64,000 bases of DNA from Gemmatimonadales bacterium. Its GTDB lineage: Bacteria > Gemmatimonadota > Gemmatimonadetes > Gemmatimonadales > GWC2-71-9. The notes beneath the pieces were generated by a model. The model worked only from the letters and a program-made list of their open reading frames with translations, had not been told where the DNA came from and ran no database searches. The stretch spans positions 67,290 to 131,289 of the forward strand of contig JANRJE010000012.1 in the NCBI GenBank assembly GCA_033764135.1. The letters are read 5' to 3'. Positions within the stretch are counted from its first letter, which is position 1. The number at the start of each line of letters is the position of its first letter. Shown here piece by piece: positions 63,905 through 64,000 of this stretch. Both the position numbers and the translations under genes were made by a program.

Positions 63905-64000
63905 ACGCGGGCGCCCATTCGGTATCGTGGGCGACCATGGCATTGAGGATCGTCAGCAGCTTCCGCATACAGGCGACCAGCGCCACCTTCTTGGGCTTGC
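63905..64000 (-). mobile_element. IS110-family transposase, C-terminal end (gene continues beyond the window)
   Basis: The minus-strand translation '...KPKKVALVACMRKLLTILNAMVAHDTEWAPA*' matches the conserved C-terminus of IS110/IS1111 transposases (KKVA[IL]VA.ARKLL.ILNAM). Confidence 0.7.

Overview
This is a 64 kb window of very GC-rich (~68-70%) bacterial chromosome. Coding density is high, and most long antisense ORFs in the six-frame track are GC artefacts. Gene content suggests a Gemmatimonadota- or Acidobacteria-like organism (PEP-CTERM, LVIVD, DUF3179, GH57), but this taxonomic guess is inference only.

Content in order:
- queC (partial) and queE, then an HD-domain protein.
- A tandem pseudokinase-kinase Ser/Thr kinase.
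- infA, pepF (M3 peptidase), an MFS transporter, a secreted PIG-L deacetylase fused to a ThuA-like domain, and a DUF971 protein.
- acnA, an RpoD-type sigma factor, a DUF3179 protein, pntAA/pntA-small/pntB, and thrB-thrC.
- A six-gene exopolysaccharide-type locus (about 20.9-29.4 kb): a PEP-CTERM protein, two paralogous GT-C-like membrane proteins, a BcsB-like bitopic lipoprotein, an outer-membrane beta-barrel, and a processive GT2 synthase (QxxRW) carrying an N-terminal MshEN-type cyclic-di-GMP-binding domain.
- Two ABC-F ATPases (uup-like and ettA) and four peptidases or peptidase-like proteins (S8, S9, S15 frameshifted, DUF885-like).
- An NfeD-flotillin pair, two paralogous beta-propeller lipoproteins, copC and PCu(A)C.
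- An alpha-glucan cluster: glgP, glgA and three tandem GH57 genes.
- A Big_2/LVIVD lipoprotein, a bactofilin plus zinc-ribbon pair, a TAT-signal sugar-phosphate isomerase, a TPR Ser/Thr kinase, and an IS110 transposase fragment at the right edge.

Two non-genic signals stand out:
- A family of composite palindromic intergenic elements fills almost every intergenic gap between 31 and 64 kb, plus two further sites. Each is built from tandem 7-8 bp purine-rich units (GGTGAAA, GGATGTTG, GTCGTAG, GAGAGAAA) in inverted arrangement. Three copies share the core CCCTCGTCCCGACCGNAGGGAG.
- G/C homopolymer tracts of 8-11 nt, mostly exactly 9, are extraordinarily frequent. One C11 tract breaks the S15 peptidase gene.
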